Below, one piece after another: positions 34,301 to 47,543 of a stretch of 64,000 bases of DNA (its first letter is position 1; every line of letters starts with the position of its first letter). This DNA is from Tubiluchus corallicola (lineage: Eukaryota; Animalia; Priapulida), in the NCBI GenBank assembly GCA_030141605.1, contig JAQGDQ010000881.1:1-64000 (forward strand), read 5' to 3'. Both the position numbers and the translations under genes were made by a program. Under the pieces are notes generated by a model. That model had not been told where the DNA came from, did not search any database, and saw only the letters and a list, made by a program, of their open reading frames with translations.

Positions 34301-37300
34301 GCAAAGCCAGCAGCTTTTACTGAATTAAAGCTATAAGGTTACAGACAGAGTATAATGGATGACGTCACAACAATGGCTTTGCGTCAGCAGTTTTCTAAGC
34401 AAAAATTGCCAAAAATAGAACATCTAATTAACTCGTCGGTACTCCTCTCGGTGGACCTGTCCTAAAATATAGCCCACATCATCGTGTAGCCCCGTTCTTC
34501 CTATTTCTAAAGAGCTATATATCTCCTTCCGAGAGTCCCACCAGGCGCCGCTAGAACGTATTCCGCATGCTGTTTGGTCAAAATATATGGAATATTTCCT
34601 AGCAAAGGCCCCGCAAAAAATTTTGCGTATAAATACACTTTTAATCAATAATACACGAACATCCTACATAATATGAAATATTATCTATGGAATATTTTAC
34701 AGTTAACAACATAATTAAATTCATCTTTTCCAAACAATAACAACTTTAACAGATCCTTATTTCCTAAGGCAGCTATATTAAGGTTTTCAGTCAGAAGTAT
34801 TTCATTTAATTTATCAAACGAAACAACCCTAGTTTGTTGATACAATGGGCAGTGCAACAAAAAGTGTTCAACAGACTCAAATTGAAATCCACAGTTACAA
34901 TTCGGCAATACTGAATGACCAGATCTTAATATCATTACTTTTGCCCACCTTATAATTCATTAGTTTATATAGTTAATATGATTAAATAGTTATAACTGAT
35001 ACTATCTTAACATTCTGAATTTAGTTGTAAACAAAATCTCTTGTTTGTTGCATGTTATCATTTCCATCATTAGACACTCTATTGACATCACCTCTCCATT
35101 TGACCAAATACATAAATTCAAGTTTCAGTTTAAGCTTTGGCAATATTTTTTCTTGTTTACATTGTTACTGTCCTGATTATCGCAGATCTGCTTAAAGCTT
35201 AAGATATCTTTTGCAAATTTAACCCAAGTATACAAATACGCTTATTATACATTTTGGCACAATCTGGAATCCAGCACTCAGTGCCTACTTAATGCAGATA
35301 GCTGTGGTGTCTCGTTGACAAGACAAGTTCTATAAGCTGAGGCACTGGACTGGCAGGGGCGTCCGGGCATCAGTTCGATGTGAACCATCCTTCCTCGGCG
35401 AGACAAACGGTTCCAATCAACATGATGAATTAACCACCCAGTGCGAATGTTGAGTTCTGTAGTCACCCGTTCATTCATTGACCGGCTTCAGCATTGCTTA
35501 ACTTTGGCCACATGCTCTTGCTGCAACCACTTAGCTATTTCTTGAGTGGAAGCCCAATATTTTCCCTTCCCACACCTAGATATCCAGTTAGCGAGATATT
35601 TTCATCAATAACCTAAACGCCATCTGCCAGCAGAAAAAAACAACAGCATAGAGAGGTAAGCCTAAAAACCAGCAACATCAATTTATGCTAAAACTTGCAA
35701 AGCAGCTTACAATAAAGCCACAAAACATGAACATCCATTACACTGACCTGGTCAGAAGTGCCAGCGCTCAGGGCGTATTTACCAATAGGCCAACTAGGAA
35801 GTAGCCAGCATCACGTTCAGTTAAATCTAAAAAAGAAGCCAACTCTACACACAGCAAGCCCAAAAAGAAGCCAGCACCACATTCAGTTAAATCTAAAAAA
35901 GAAGCCAGTGTTACATACAGAGTTTTTATAACTATGTTATAAGATGCAGACCTATGCACTTAAATTGTATTTGTCCGTACTTGTGTAGAGATGATTTTGT
36001 TTCAATGTTTTACGTCAAGTGTGACGTTTGGCTAGGTTGAGCGTATCGCATTAAAAATTTATTAAAAGAATCTTGTCAGGGTAAAATGGGCTGATTTATA
36101 CTGACTAACGTCGCCCAATAAGCTTTGGGCTCTAGTAAAAATAAAGTAGTATGGTAGTATCGCATATATACCAGGCGTAGTTTTTTGTCCGATATTAGCC
36201 CGTTTTACCTTATAGGAAGGCTGGGCGGTTGTTTAGATTCAATCTCATTTTAATTTACTGTCCAAAATATGCATTTTCTTGCCTACAAAAGTTAACAATT
36301 ATTTCTTATATTTGAATAATTAGCTTAGAAAGGTAATTAACGGCAAGTGAACACAGCTATTGCTTTCGTCAGAAACTGACCACAGTTTGTGCAATGGCAG
36401 ACATTTTCACTTGCGCGTCAAGCACATTTTCATAAGTGTTACAGTACTGTTTAAACGCATGATATCACGAAAAATGGGCTTTATGTCATATGACGTCATG
36501 AAACTAACACTGCAGTTCATGATCATGCTTATCATGGTACCGCCTTCTATTTGTTGGACATGCGCACGTGACAAAAAGGCACCACTGCCAATCTTAATAG
36601 ATTCACTGAGCCGCGCGTAGATTTGAAAGTTTAACAAAATTTGAGCATCCGAGGTAATTATTATTTAATCTAAGCTTTGATTTAAAAAAAGCTATTGTAG
36701 TTTTCAATATTTTAGAGCATTCTTTATTCTGCACTAATGTTTACACAATCATCCGGTTTTCCTTCATACAGAAACAAACTATGATGTACTACAGTTATAA
36801 GAAGTCATGTTTTATTTAACAATCCAAAATTAAATAAATATTCAGCAGAAAGCAAGTACTGATTTTGATTGAACACACTGTAGAAACATTAGCCTAGTCT
36901 AGATGGGATTTAGAATGAGAAAAGGAAAAGCTACGTAAAGTATTTGGTAAGGACTATATTTGACCGAAATCAGTTTTTCCCAGTGCATTCTGTAAATTCT
37001 GTGTTTATATAAGAAAGGCCCAGTTTTTGCTATGATATTAAAATCTGTAAGAGCTGATGAACTATATGCATGAACTATATACTGTTGTACATTTAGTAAT
37101 TGCAATTCTAAAATTCGTTGTGACTAAACTTTGTAAAATAACTTAACATATTATAATATAATTGTAATATTTAACCACTGTAATGTAATATTTAACCATA
37201 TGTAATTTAACTTGTAATTGTAATTGAATTGATTGTAAATCATCAACAAATATTATTATTAAAATATAAGACACACAGGACAAAAGCGACAAACTATTAG

Positions 37301-39537
37301 TAATTTGCGTTAGGACGATCAAATGCCGAATTTTAGTCAATTAATCAATCAGTCAGTCAGTCAGTTAACCAATCTGTCAGTTGATCACCCCATCAGCCAA
37401 ACTAGCGATCGATAAATTATCAGTTGATTTCGTACATAAAACATACATAGGAAATAATAGACGAAAAAAAATACAAATTAAAAAATTTGAAAAAAAAGTT
37501 GTTAGGAATCGCGTGGAATGGTTTTAGCAACTGTCAAGCACCTTATCATTTCATCGAGTTTGTTTGCGTTATGTTTGCAAATTTGTACAAATTAATATGA
37601 CACGTCACGACACCAAACCGTTTTTTTTGCTACAGTTATTAAAAATGGCGTCCTTTTCTCTCTCCCTCTATTATACTGTTTACATATGTTTCCTTTTCCA
37701 TCAGGTATAGTTTAATTGATAATGCATTTGCTTTCCGTACGCGACGTTGTGGGTTCGATACCACGGTTCTTAGTTGCAAAAATCTTAAACCTTGCCTGCC
37801 GCATAGTATTTATGGTAAAAGCGGAGTCATAGTACAAGGTTCAGTCTGTTGTCTTTAAAGTCGAACTGAAATAAAGTTTATTGTTATTATGTACACGTAC
37901 CTGTTGTCCTACGAGACCTGTTCCAGCACAAACATCCAAAATTCTGGCATTTTTGTCCTTCAACAGTTCTGACATGTATTGTGCAGCATAAAACGGACCT
38001 CTGTAATTAGCTCTTGCTACATCCTGCAGTATACGACTGTTTTATTGCTACTTGTATGCAAATTACTGGTCTTTTTTGTTATAAGTATTTGATATGGTTG
38101 CTTTTTATATCAGAATTCATTAGTTTGTGTTTTTTCGTAATTTTACATAGTGGCGGATCTAGGCCTAAATTGGAACTATTGAATCTCAGGCTTCAGGATG
38201 GGTCCCTAATCATAGAGAGACCCCAGGAACAACACTTTGGTGGGGGAATCGTTTACTCAATCAGCATTGTTATCGTTACGTGGTATAAAAACACATTTTA
38301 GTCCACCGCGTTGAAGAGTCCCTAGAAAATGTGATTACAGGAAGTGCTGTCTTGACCAAACTGAGCATGAATATTTCACCAGGAAAAACAGGAAAGTGTA
38401 TTTCTAAAAACGTCCTTCATATGTAACATGTTCTCATATAACAGGTAAGATTATATTGATCCTAATTATTGCAACGACTACAAAATTCTTACTTGTATTT
38501 TCATCAGTTGCGAAGGGACCAAATTGTAGATCTGCCAGTTGTTTGTGTGACAGAATATTAATTTTTAAAGGTGTGGACATGCTTAAAGGCCAAGAAAAGG
38601 GCTACCTTAAGTAGGTTTCAGAGAAATCACCTTAAAAATATATTACTTTATAGGAATTTTATGCATATAGCGTATTCGCGTTGAAAGGAATTTTTGTTTG
38701 TTTTCATTTTAAATCTCCCGCAATACTGTTCCGACGGAGCCATTACATGGCGTCACTGCGTCACGTAAATCAGGGAATGAAAAGGAAATGTTAAATTATG
38801 TCCCAAAAAACTTTCCATGCAAATCTAAATTACTTAGCTTTTGCTTACCTGCTTGAAAGACTTATGTAACTAGAAAGAAAATTATTATTTAAAATGCTTT
38901 CAACAAATTGGTAAAATGTCGCTGATTCACCCTGCAGGTTGCGCCACTCACTGACCAAATACGAACTTTTATTCCTATTGACAAGATACAGTAATTTAAA
39001 ATTTTACTCATTTAGTTACATATGTGCCACGAATGCTCTGATTATTTTTTCAAACTTTACTCAATGTTATTTTAACTTGTTTCAAATGACTTGTCGTCAA
39101 AATGGCTGCATCCAACAGTCATCGCAGGAGTTTAAATTTACATGTTTCATACTGCGTTACTGCCGACGCAAGTCGAATATACAAAAAGGCAATATGTTAG
39201 GTGGTATAAAATTTCAAAATGAATTTTTAAGCTTTATGTAAGTGGAGGATTCTCTTGCATTTTAAACAGACTTTTCTTCTGTCTGGATTTTCTCTAGTCT
39301 ACCCTTTCAAGTTAACATTTCACACTGTTATGGGTTATTCATTATAATCATTGTTATATACAAGTAATCAGTTTACTGATTTGTTTTGCTTACGTTAGAA
39401 TATTGTGTTCCCCATTTACTATAGACGTTTAACGTGTCTGTAATGCTGTTGGTTGAGTGAATAAGTTCTTCCATTGTCGAACATGGCTTCGCGTCGCCTA
39501 GGCTTCCTTCATATTCTAGTTCATTTTCTTTGGACAT
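31350..39537 (-). CDS. METTL27: Class I SAM-dependent methyltransferase, METTL27/WBSCR27-like, 5 coding exons, 229 aa
   Basis: complement(join(31350-31543,31970-32062,34041-34176,37901-38023,39394-39537)); GT-AG introns, frame continuous (690 nt). Motifs VYSKWGTQYSND, NYRGP, RILDVCAGTGLVG (motif I), GFTNIDALDACQEML, YDAITIAGSF, RLVKPGG. Confidence 0.88.
31681..31846. repeat. 33-bp minisatellite, 5 copies, inside methyltransferase intron 4
   Basis: Unit TGGCTCGTGGAAAAGATAGGGTTTGATGAACCC. Confidence 0.95.
33033..33631 (+). mobile_element. MITE family A copy with triplicated left end
   Basis: caataagccttttca occurs near 33033, 33146 and 33247; right TIR-like aaaagacttatt at about 33620-33631. 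Confidence 0.75.
34685..34930 (-). mobile_element. LINE ORF2 C-terminal zinc-knuckle fragment
   Basis: CNCGFQFESVEHFLLHCPLYQQTR...LLFG motif. Confidence 0.7.
35275..35540 (-). mobile_element. Degenerate SINE-like element with tRNA A-box-like start and 5S-like internal promoter segment
   Basis: Minus strand TAGCTAAGTGGTT...AAGTTAAGCAATGCTGAAGCCGGTCAATGAATGAACGGGTGAC resembles the 5S box A to box C region. Confidence 0.4.
37703..37885 (+). mobile_element. tRNA-derived SINE-like fragment
   Basis: A-box-like TAGTTTAATTG and B-box GGTTCGATACC with tRNA-like spacing; no complete cloverleaf. Confidence 0.4.
38583..39130 (+). mobile_element. Family D DNA-transposon-like repeat
   Basis: Starts TTAA-AGG; direct homolog of 40298-40830 and 9848-10075. 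Confidence 0.65.
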
Positions 39538-39639
39538 CTATAAATCAAAAATTAAATGGTATGGTGGCGCATAGTAATATTTTAGTTTATTAGAATGTAA
39601 CACATACACAGAGAGCAGTATGTAAACTCATCTAGTACT

Positions 39640-39790
39640 AATAAGTCTTTTCACAGTTCCAGCGATTGATGATGATCGTGAAAAGGTCAAAGGTTAAGTG
39701 TACCAGATAACGCATTTTTAAATAAGTACATTTGACAGCGCCTCGCTGCACATGCTGTTGTAATAGTAACAGTTTTAACAGCTAGCTAGA
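39640..39790 (-). mobile_element. MITE family A partial copy
   Basis: aataagtcttttcacagttccagcgattgatgatgatc, same orientation as the 15563 copy. Confidence 0.7.
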
Positions 39791-40297
39791 ACATTAGTAA
39801 AGTGAAAAGTAAAGGTATAGCGTACATATTTTCCGTAATTCACTTATAGAGGTATTATATTTTATCTTCTGCTTGTTTAAGACATATAGATGCCACAAAC
39901 ACATTGTTCTTTCGTTCCATATTAAGTTACTTTTGTCACTTGGTTGATTGCTAAATTTCCACGAAATGTTAACTACGACGTCTATAATTATATACGGTAG
40001 AAATTTGAACTGACGGGTCTAACCTATGTATACCAGGGTGACTTATTACTGTTGGTACAATGTTGAACAAATTCACCTAAGCCTAGTGCTGTCGATTAAT
40101 CATATGCTAATTAATCATTTATCATCATTTCTCATTACTGCCAAGCATGCTGTTGCCTTTACATAGTTAGCCAGTTAACAAGTTAGCCACAACACGCTAC
40201 TTAAATACATGCCAAAAGTTTTATCAGAAGCACACAAACCGTGCAGACTGCTCAGTTAGCTTATCAGAAGTACTGAGATTTTACTAAGAGCAAAAAC

Positions 40298-40830
40298 TTA
40301 GAGAACAAGAAAAGGGGCACATGGAGGAGGTTTCAGAAAAATCAGGTTAAAAAATTACACTACTTTACAGCAGTTTTATGCGCACATCGTATTCGTGTTT
40401 AAAGGAATTTTCGTTTATTTTCATTTTAAATGTCTCACAATACTGTTCCAACGGCGCCATTACATGACGTCACTGCGCACGTAAATCAGAAGAAAAGGAA
40501 ATGTTAAATTATGTCCCAAAAACTTTCCGTGCAAATCTATATTACTTACCATTTCACTTATCTGCTGGATAGACTTATGTAACTAGACTAATAATTTAAA
40601 ATGTCTGTGCCAATTGGTAAAATGTCGCTGACTCACGCTCCAGGGTGCGCCACTTATTAGCCAAAAACGTATTTTTAATCTTATTGACAAGACACAGTAA
40701 TTTAAAATTTTACTTAATTAGCAACATGTATGCTACGAATGCTCTGATTATTTTTTCTACTTTACTTAATGTTATCAAAACTTGTTTCAAATGAGTTACC
40801 ATAAAAATGACTGCCCCTAGCGGTCATCGT
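40298..40830 (+). mobile_element. Family D DNA-transposon-like repeat
   Basis: Direct homolog of 38583-39130. Confidence 0.65.
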
Positions 40831-41379
40831 GTAATATTCTCTAAAAAAATATATATAATCATCGGAATTTCAATATCGTTCCATTCGCTATGAACGCAGC
40901 CATTATGGATGCTCTTATGTTGTGCACATCTTCGTTATTCGGCGAGCACACCAGATGCTGACCGAAAGCTAAACACAGGGCGATGAAACTTTAGAACCCG
41001 GTGAATTCCCGGTTTGGAAAACAAGAAAATAGAAACAAAAAGGATCAAACATATGCTGATAAATTAGATTAAATGTAGATAAACATATGCGCTGTTAAAA
41101 AGAGCAAAACAAATTGATGAAATTATAATTAGAAGACTGAAAGTAAGAAAGTGTAATGACCAGCCCACCCCTCGGTTAGAATGCATGGTAACTTAGCGAC
41201 GCCGACGCTCTGGCGGCTATATACGGGAGGGTCAGGCCATTGACCACACACATCCGAACACTTTCAAAGTGATAAAGAATTACAGCAATGGAAGAGAGCA
41301 GGATGAGAAGTAAGTTTTAACTTACTAGATAAAGCTAGCTTTCAAAACTAGCTAGGATGTGTCAGGAATCTAGAACCTA

Positions 41380-41930
41380 GAAAAGAGTTCCAGAAACACT
41401 AGTTTCTAGAAACCAAAAGAGAAGTTAGAAAAGGGTTCCAGGATTAAAGCTGTTGCAGAGACAAAAAGAGTTCCAGAAAGTTTCTAGATTGAAAAGAGTT
41501 GCTGAGAGTTCCAGGAAAATCCAAGATCAAAAGAGTTCCAGAAGTTCCTGGAATTAAAAGAGTTGCGGAAAGTTCCTGGAATTAAAAGAGTTGCAGAAAG
41601 TTCCCAGAATTAAAAAAAGTTGCAGAATTAAAAGAGTTCCAGAACTGAAAAGAGTTGCAGAATTAAAAGAATTCCAGAATTAAAAAGTGTTCCAGAATTG
41701 AAAGAGTTCCGGGAATTGAAAAGAGTTCCAGAATTAAAAAGAGTTGCAGAATTAAAGAGTTGCAGAAAGTTCCCAGAATTAAAAAAAGTTGCAGAATTAA
41801 AAGAGTTCCAGAACTAAAAAAGTTGCAGAATTAAAAGAATTCCAGAATTAAAAAGTGTTCCAGAATTGAAAGAGTTCCAGAATTGAAAGAGTTGCAAAAT
41901 TAAAAGAGTTGCAGAATTAAGAGTTCTAGA
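41380..41930. repeat. Degenerate ~18-bp minisatellite (AAAAGAGTTSCAGAATT)
   Basis: Direct inspection. Confidence 0.85.
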
Positions 41931-43702
41931 TATCTAGCTAAAAGCTAGCAAGCTATGCAAAAGCAGAAAAATAATTTGGACTGAATCAGCAAAAATAAAA
42001 AGTTCCAGTTAAAAAAAAGTTGCAGATCACAAGTCAGCTAGCTATTGATCCGGGATTATTCGAGATATTATACAAATAAGTGAAACAAGAGACTGGATCA
42101 TAGTTTTGCTCACTTTTAGTTAAATGTGGAACAGGAACATAGTACATATACACAGGATTGGCATGAAAATTGCAACTGCTTAAGCTTACTGAAACCTGGA
42201 CTCTAGTACTCTTTGCGTGACCAATTGCAATTGCTATAGAAGATTTCTTTAACTAGAAACAAGAACAGTTTTCATGATTGTGGATTTCACCTAACTACAA
42301 TTAGCTGTATTTTATAGCAAAGCCAATAAAATAAATTATTTTTAATCTTAGTTCACTTGTTGTTGCTTTTACTCAGTTTAAATTTGAATTACAAATAGCC
42401 TCAAGATAATGTCAAAGCTGAACCCAACATTTTTCTATATAAAAATAAAGTAAAATAAAGTTAGTTGCAGAAAAGTCAATGATACGTGGCACTTTAACCT
42501 AATATCATACCTCTTAAGCCGAGCTGTGCCACACTACATTTTGGGGCTCGTCAGAGATTTTGAATTTTGTTTTGAGGCATTGTGATTCAAACTGAGTAAG
42601 AGCAGCAAGCTGTAATAAAATTGATAAAATGACAGCTATATTATCCTACTTAAAATCCTTTCTGACTTCCACTCCTAAAAAGAACACTGATACAATTGTG
42701 GGAGCACAAAATACAGAGGTCCACACAGAAAATGCTATGCATAAGATGGAAACAGATGGAAAAGAACAAGATAAAAAGTTCAGCAAGAGAAGCGCAACAC
42801 TGAAAAATATCCCACTCATGCATGGGGATGTATAAAAAAATTAAATGAATTTAAATTTAAATTTAAAATAAAAGTGTAAATAATTTTAAAGGTGATATCC
42901 GTTGCCTAGAGGCAGAAATTTCCACACGCTGTGTGGATGACGTGGTTTTGATACTCGACTCTGGCAGTATCATGCGTAAACCACAGTACAAAAACAAAAT
43001 CAAGTCTGCCACCAGTTTAGAGTTCTGAAAAGCTAAACTTCCTCTTTGGAGAATCTACCCCGGTTGAGAACCACTGTTAGAGGTAAACTTGTCGGCTAAT
43101 GCTTGAACTGTACATGTATTTATAGTTTAAATGTCCCAGACTGAGATCGTTGGCTCTAGACCACATCCGAATTTAGTGTAAAAACATAGTTGAGCTGCGC
43201 TGTGTCATTTTATGCTGATATAATATGGTTATTTTTCCCATGAAATGTTTTCTATAATTGCACATGAAACCAGTTGATTTGATTTCTTAATCTGGTACAG
43301 CATTAAGCTATTTACATGTCAGCTCGTCGTGTATTGTGCTGTACATGTATTAATAGCTTAAGCGTCCCAGATTGTGTTCAATTCCAGAATTCTGATTCCT
43401 ATGTAACAGGATCGAGCTGTTCTGTCACGTGGAAATCAACATTTTAAGCTGCAGTTTATTCTGTACACTTTACAAACTTTTATCATATGCTCATTTTTTC
43501 ACACAATATACTTATCTAGAACAGTCAGATTTCTAGAACATCCAGATTTCTTGTTATACTTAGAAAAAATAATGCAGCTTTTTGAGCTGTGTGTAGATAT
43601 GCTTTTTACCCTTTACCCGTATAAAATGCTGCAATTTTTAAGCTGCTGCTTTGTGAGTTAAAGTTTGACAAGTTTTTCTATGACAACATAATAAAAATCA
43701 TG

Positions 43703-46377
43703 ACACTAAATCCGTTCATTCTGTGCACTGTTCACAATGAACATTGTAACTTTTTCAGTATTCTGTTCACTTTGAATATAACGATTTATCAGTAAAACAA
43801 TATTTATGGTGAGCTTTGGGTATGCTATCTATAAGGATGACAGTCACAATCAAACAAATGTCATTCACACTAAATCCTGCCACCCAAACAGTCCTTAATT
43901 ATGCATAATTCGTGTTATTACCATAACGTAAGCAATGCGATAGTATTCCAAGCAGTGCAGTATTCAAGACGACCACAGTTACTCCTACAGTAGTCTATAT
44001 TACTCACAATTACTCAAGAAGTGCATCATTTCGTAATAATCACAGTTACTCAGTAGTCTGTATTACTCAAAACCAACAAAATTACTAAAGCAGTGCATTA
44101 TTCATAACAATCATAATTACTCCCGTAGCAATTTATGTTACTCAAAACCGTCACGATTACCCAAGCAGTGCATTATTCATGATAATCAAGTTAATCCTGC
44201 CGCAGCCTATATTATTCAAAATCATCACAATTACTCAAGAAGTCATTATTCATAATGATCACAGTGACTCCTGCAGCAGCCTATATTATTCACAAGTAAT
44301 ACCATTATTCAGGCAGTGCATTGCTCATAAAAATATCAATTACTCAATTACAGGCAGCAACACAGTCTTGGAAAAAGTGATTATTTTAAAAGTGTAGATA
44401 AAACGAATATCCATAAATCATGTCTTTCCGTCGTCTACTTTAATCGCGCCATCTTGCGTCAGAGAGTGAGACATAATAGTGAATAATGGTGTTTTTAAGG
44501 TTGCTGCCAGATTTTGGCTTTGTAAATTTGTGACGTCATTTATTATTTGTTTTGTTTTTTATTTGCTTAACATTTTCACAGGGACGGTTGGAGATTGGAA
44601 GAACCATTTCAATGAGTCAATGAACACTTACGCAGATGACCTCTGTCGGGAGAAATTAGAAACTATTGGACTAAGACATACATATGAGTTGTGATGTTTA
44701 TGCTGTCGTGTGGTGGTTGTTATTGTAATAATTTTGCAACGTGAATCGAATAATTTCAGACAATTGTAATTGTAGACCTACTCTACATCGTACAGCTTCA
44801 ATACACGTTCTGAAATAATGCATGGTTAATAGTACATTTTCAACGTACTATTGAAAAGGTCTTGTACGTAATACAGTGTACTTTATGAAGTTTCAGTTTT
44901 ACGCAAAGAAACAGAAGGAAAATGCTTTAACTAGGATTCTCTGAAACTTTTTTAAAAACATTTTCTTGGTAGCTTATACAAGAAGAAAATCTGAGATAGG
45001 AACTAATTAGATGGCGCCTGTAAAATTCAGTCTTAGTTACGCCAGGTTTTGCGTTTGGTTGCCACGTGTCACATGTTAAGGTGTAGCATTGTTTACTAAC
45101 TCAGGGTCACAGAATCGATGCGGTATCCAAGCAAACCGTTGCTAACCCACTTAGCATTGTTTCCAAATTCAGCGTCACAGAAACAACGCGGTATCCAAGG
45201 AAGCCGTTGCTAGGGCATTTTTGTTTGGCTAGCGATTTTTCGAAGTTTCACGAACAAAAGCAAACAAAATGTTTTGGGGGCAAAAATGCAATTTCGAAAC
45301 TCAATTTTATTAGGAAGGAAGCCATGAAATTTCATAATATTAGTGTCAAACTTTAAGTTACGCTTGTCTCTTTTAATTAAAGGAAACTTGTTCTTACATA
45401 AAATTTGACATGTAAGCTATTTTCCAAAACGTGTGTGCTCCAACTTATTTCATTTTTACAACATGTTTCATTTTGTAATAAACTTTTAAACTGTCTGAAT
45501 AATCATTAGAATCTTGTATAATTTTGGTACACTGTAGCATGATTTTTGTTCGTAGTTCTGTGTGATTAGAACCATGCTGGTGGAGAAATTTTCACTGATT
45601 AATCTAAAAAATATATTTCATCACCATCATCGTCGTTATCATCATCATCGTCATTGCCGTCGTCGTCGTCACAATCATCATCATCACCCCCACTCTCCCA
45701 GTCTTTTTTGCATTTTCAGCTTTTCATATACATATACTATCTTTCTATTTCTTTTATTGTTTGTCGCTGATTCGTCAACTTTCCTGTAAATTTTCCTCCA
45801 TTTTCTCTGCCCTGTTACCTGAGCGTGTGGTCTATTATACGCTTCATGCGCATATGCTGAACACGAGGGGCGGATCCACAACATTTACGTTCATCTAAAT
45901 TTCTAACACAAACCAGTGTTTTACTGCAGCACCAATTACAAAAATTCACACTTTCACAACCCACATTACCAATATGTGGCACAACTGTGACTCAAAACTA
46001 TTCCATTAACTGTTTTGCACCCCCTCAAGTAAGAGCGCCCCGCATAGGTAATGATCAATGACAAAGTGGCGTTCATAATTGCTCACTGATCAGCAAATAG
46101 ACATTATAACCAATTGCACTCCGCTGCAGCGTATCAGAGGTGGGAGAGCGGAAATCGTTTACATTTCCGGTAGATCTCTTCTTTTTTGGATTTTGAAAAT
46201 CGGCTTCAACGAAATTATATTCGCTGTTGAACTAAATAGACGCTCGAAGGAAAAAACTTTATTTCAACCTGTCGGAATCAACGTTTCTAATAAGGTAATA
46301 GTTTTTCTTTTTAAAGTTAATTTAAATTTAAGAATTATATTTAAGACATATAATTTTAATATTTATATATATATATA

Positions 46378-46408
<31 letters not shown>

Positions 46409-47215
46409 AAATGAGAGAGTGAGAGAAAAAAGAAAGAGAGGCAGAGAGAGAGAGAGAGACGACTAAGTGAACTGCCTTGTCTTAAATAATTTTAGTTTCT
46501 GGAGTTTCTCAAAAAATACCTTTGGTTTTCTTGTGGATGGAGATTCACTAGAAAGATAGTTTCGTAACTAATCATAACCTAGCAAACAAAGTTTGATCAT
46601 GATCTCAAGCTAATACTAAAGTATCAAAAAATTATACGTACTGATAGTAATATATCGTAATACGTTATTGAGAATTTGTTGTCATTGAGAAACGAATTTT
46701 AACTTAACGAATAAAAAGATTGGAAGTTTTGCACTTTCAAAGATTGCACTCTTGTGGTATTTCTGGTGATTAATATTTCATGTAAACATATTGAGCGACA
46801 GTCTGTTAATTGTTTCTAATTTTTGTCTAACTTGAGATAATTTTTTATCATTATTGTTTATAAACTATTATGTTGTACTTCTAAATATTTTAAAGTTATA
46901 TTAAGTTATTAAATCATTTTAGCTTTGAAATAATTTGTGATAGTATTATACCGAATGTAATCAGGACAGGACTATGGAAAATATAAAATTAATCTAGGCC
47001 TGATTGAAAACGCAGGGTCTTTCATCTTTCGAGTTCTGTATGTATAAAAAGTTTAGACATACGTGCGTAAATAGAAAAAAAGAAATTATTTTTTATTTTC
47101 TCCAATTTTCCGGTTTTAGAATAACTCTCTGCTGTTGCGTTGTTGTGTTTATTAATAATAATTATTTGTAATTATCTGCGCCAATGACTACATGGCTACA
47201 TTTTCAATAATTTCT
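43703..47215 (+). repeat. Segmental duplication, copy 2
   Basis: Collinear direct match to 24751-28599. Confidence 0.93.
44582..44694 (+). pseudogene. Orphan duplicate of the sulfotransferase terminal exon (or an alternative last exon)
   Basis: Encodes GTVGDWKNHF...HTYEL*, identical to 25773-25885 except one synonymous change (ACA>ACG). The acceptor CAG is intact. No duplicate upstream SULT exons were seen. Confidence 0.8.
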
Positions 47216-47543
47216 GTTCTTTATATTCTTATTTGAATTTCTTGGCGCAGATATACATGTATGTAATGATATATATATATATATATATATAATTTATATA
47301 AATTCACATAGATTTTATAAAAAATTAACTATCTAATATATCAAAATGGAATTCATTGATGACCGATTTAGTACAAAACTGTTCATTGTCAAGGATCTAA
47401 AACACAGAATTTTTTAGAATTAAGAAACAACGTCGAAGTACAATTCAGAAGTTAATTTTGTTAAAACGTAAAAATTGTCTTAATCTTGCAAGAATAATCA
47501 AACCTGCCTAATATACATTACAATTATCAGTTAAAGAAGTTAA

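Noticed and set aside
42629-42835. 68-aa ORF MTAILSYLKS...
   Set aside because: No recognisable domain or splice partners; cannot be supported as a gene.
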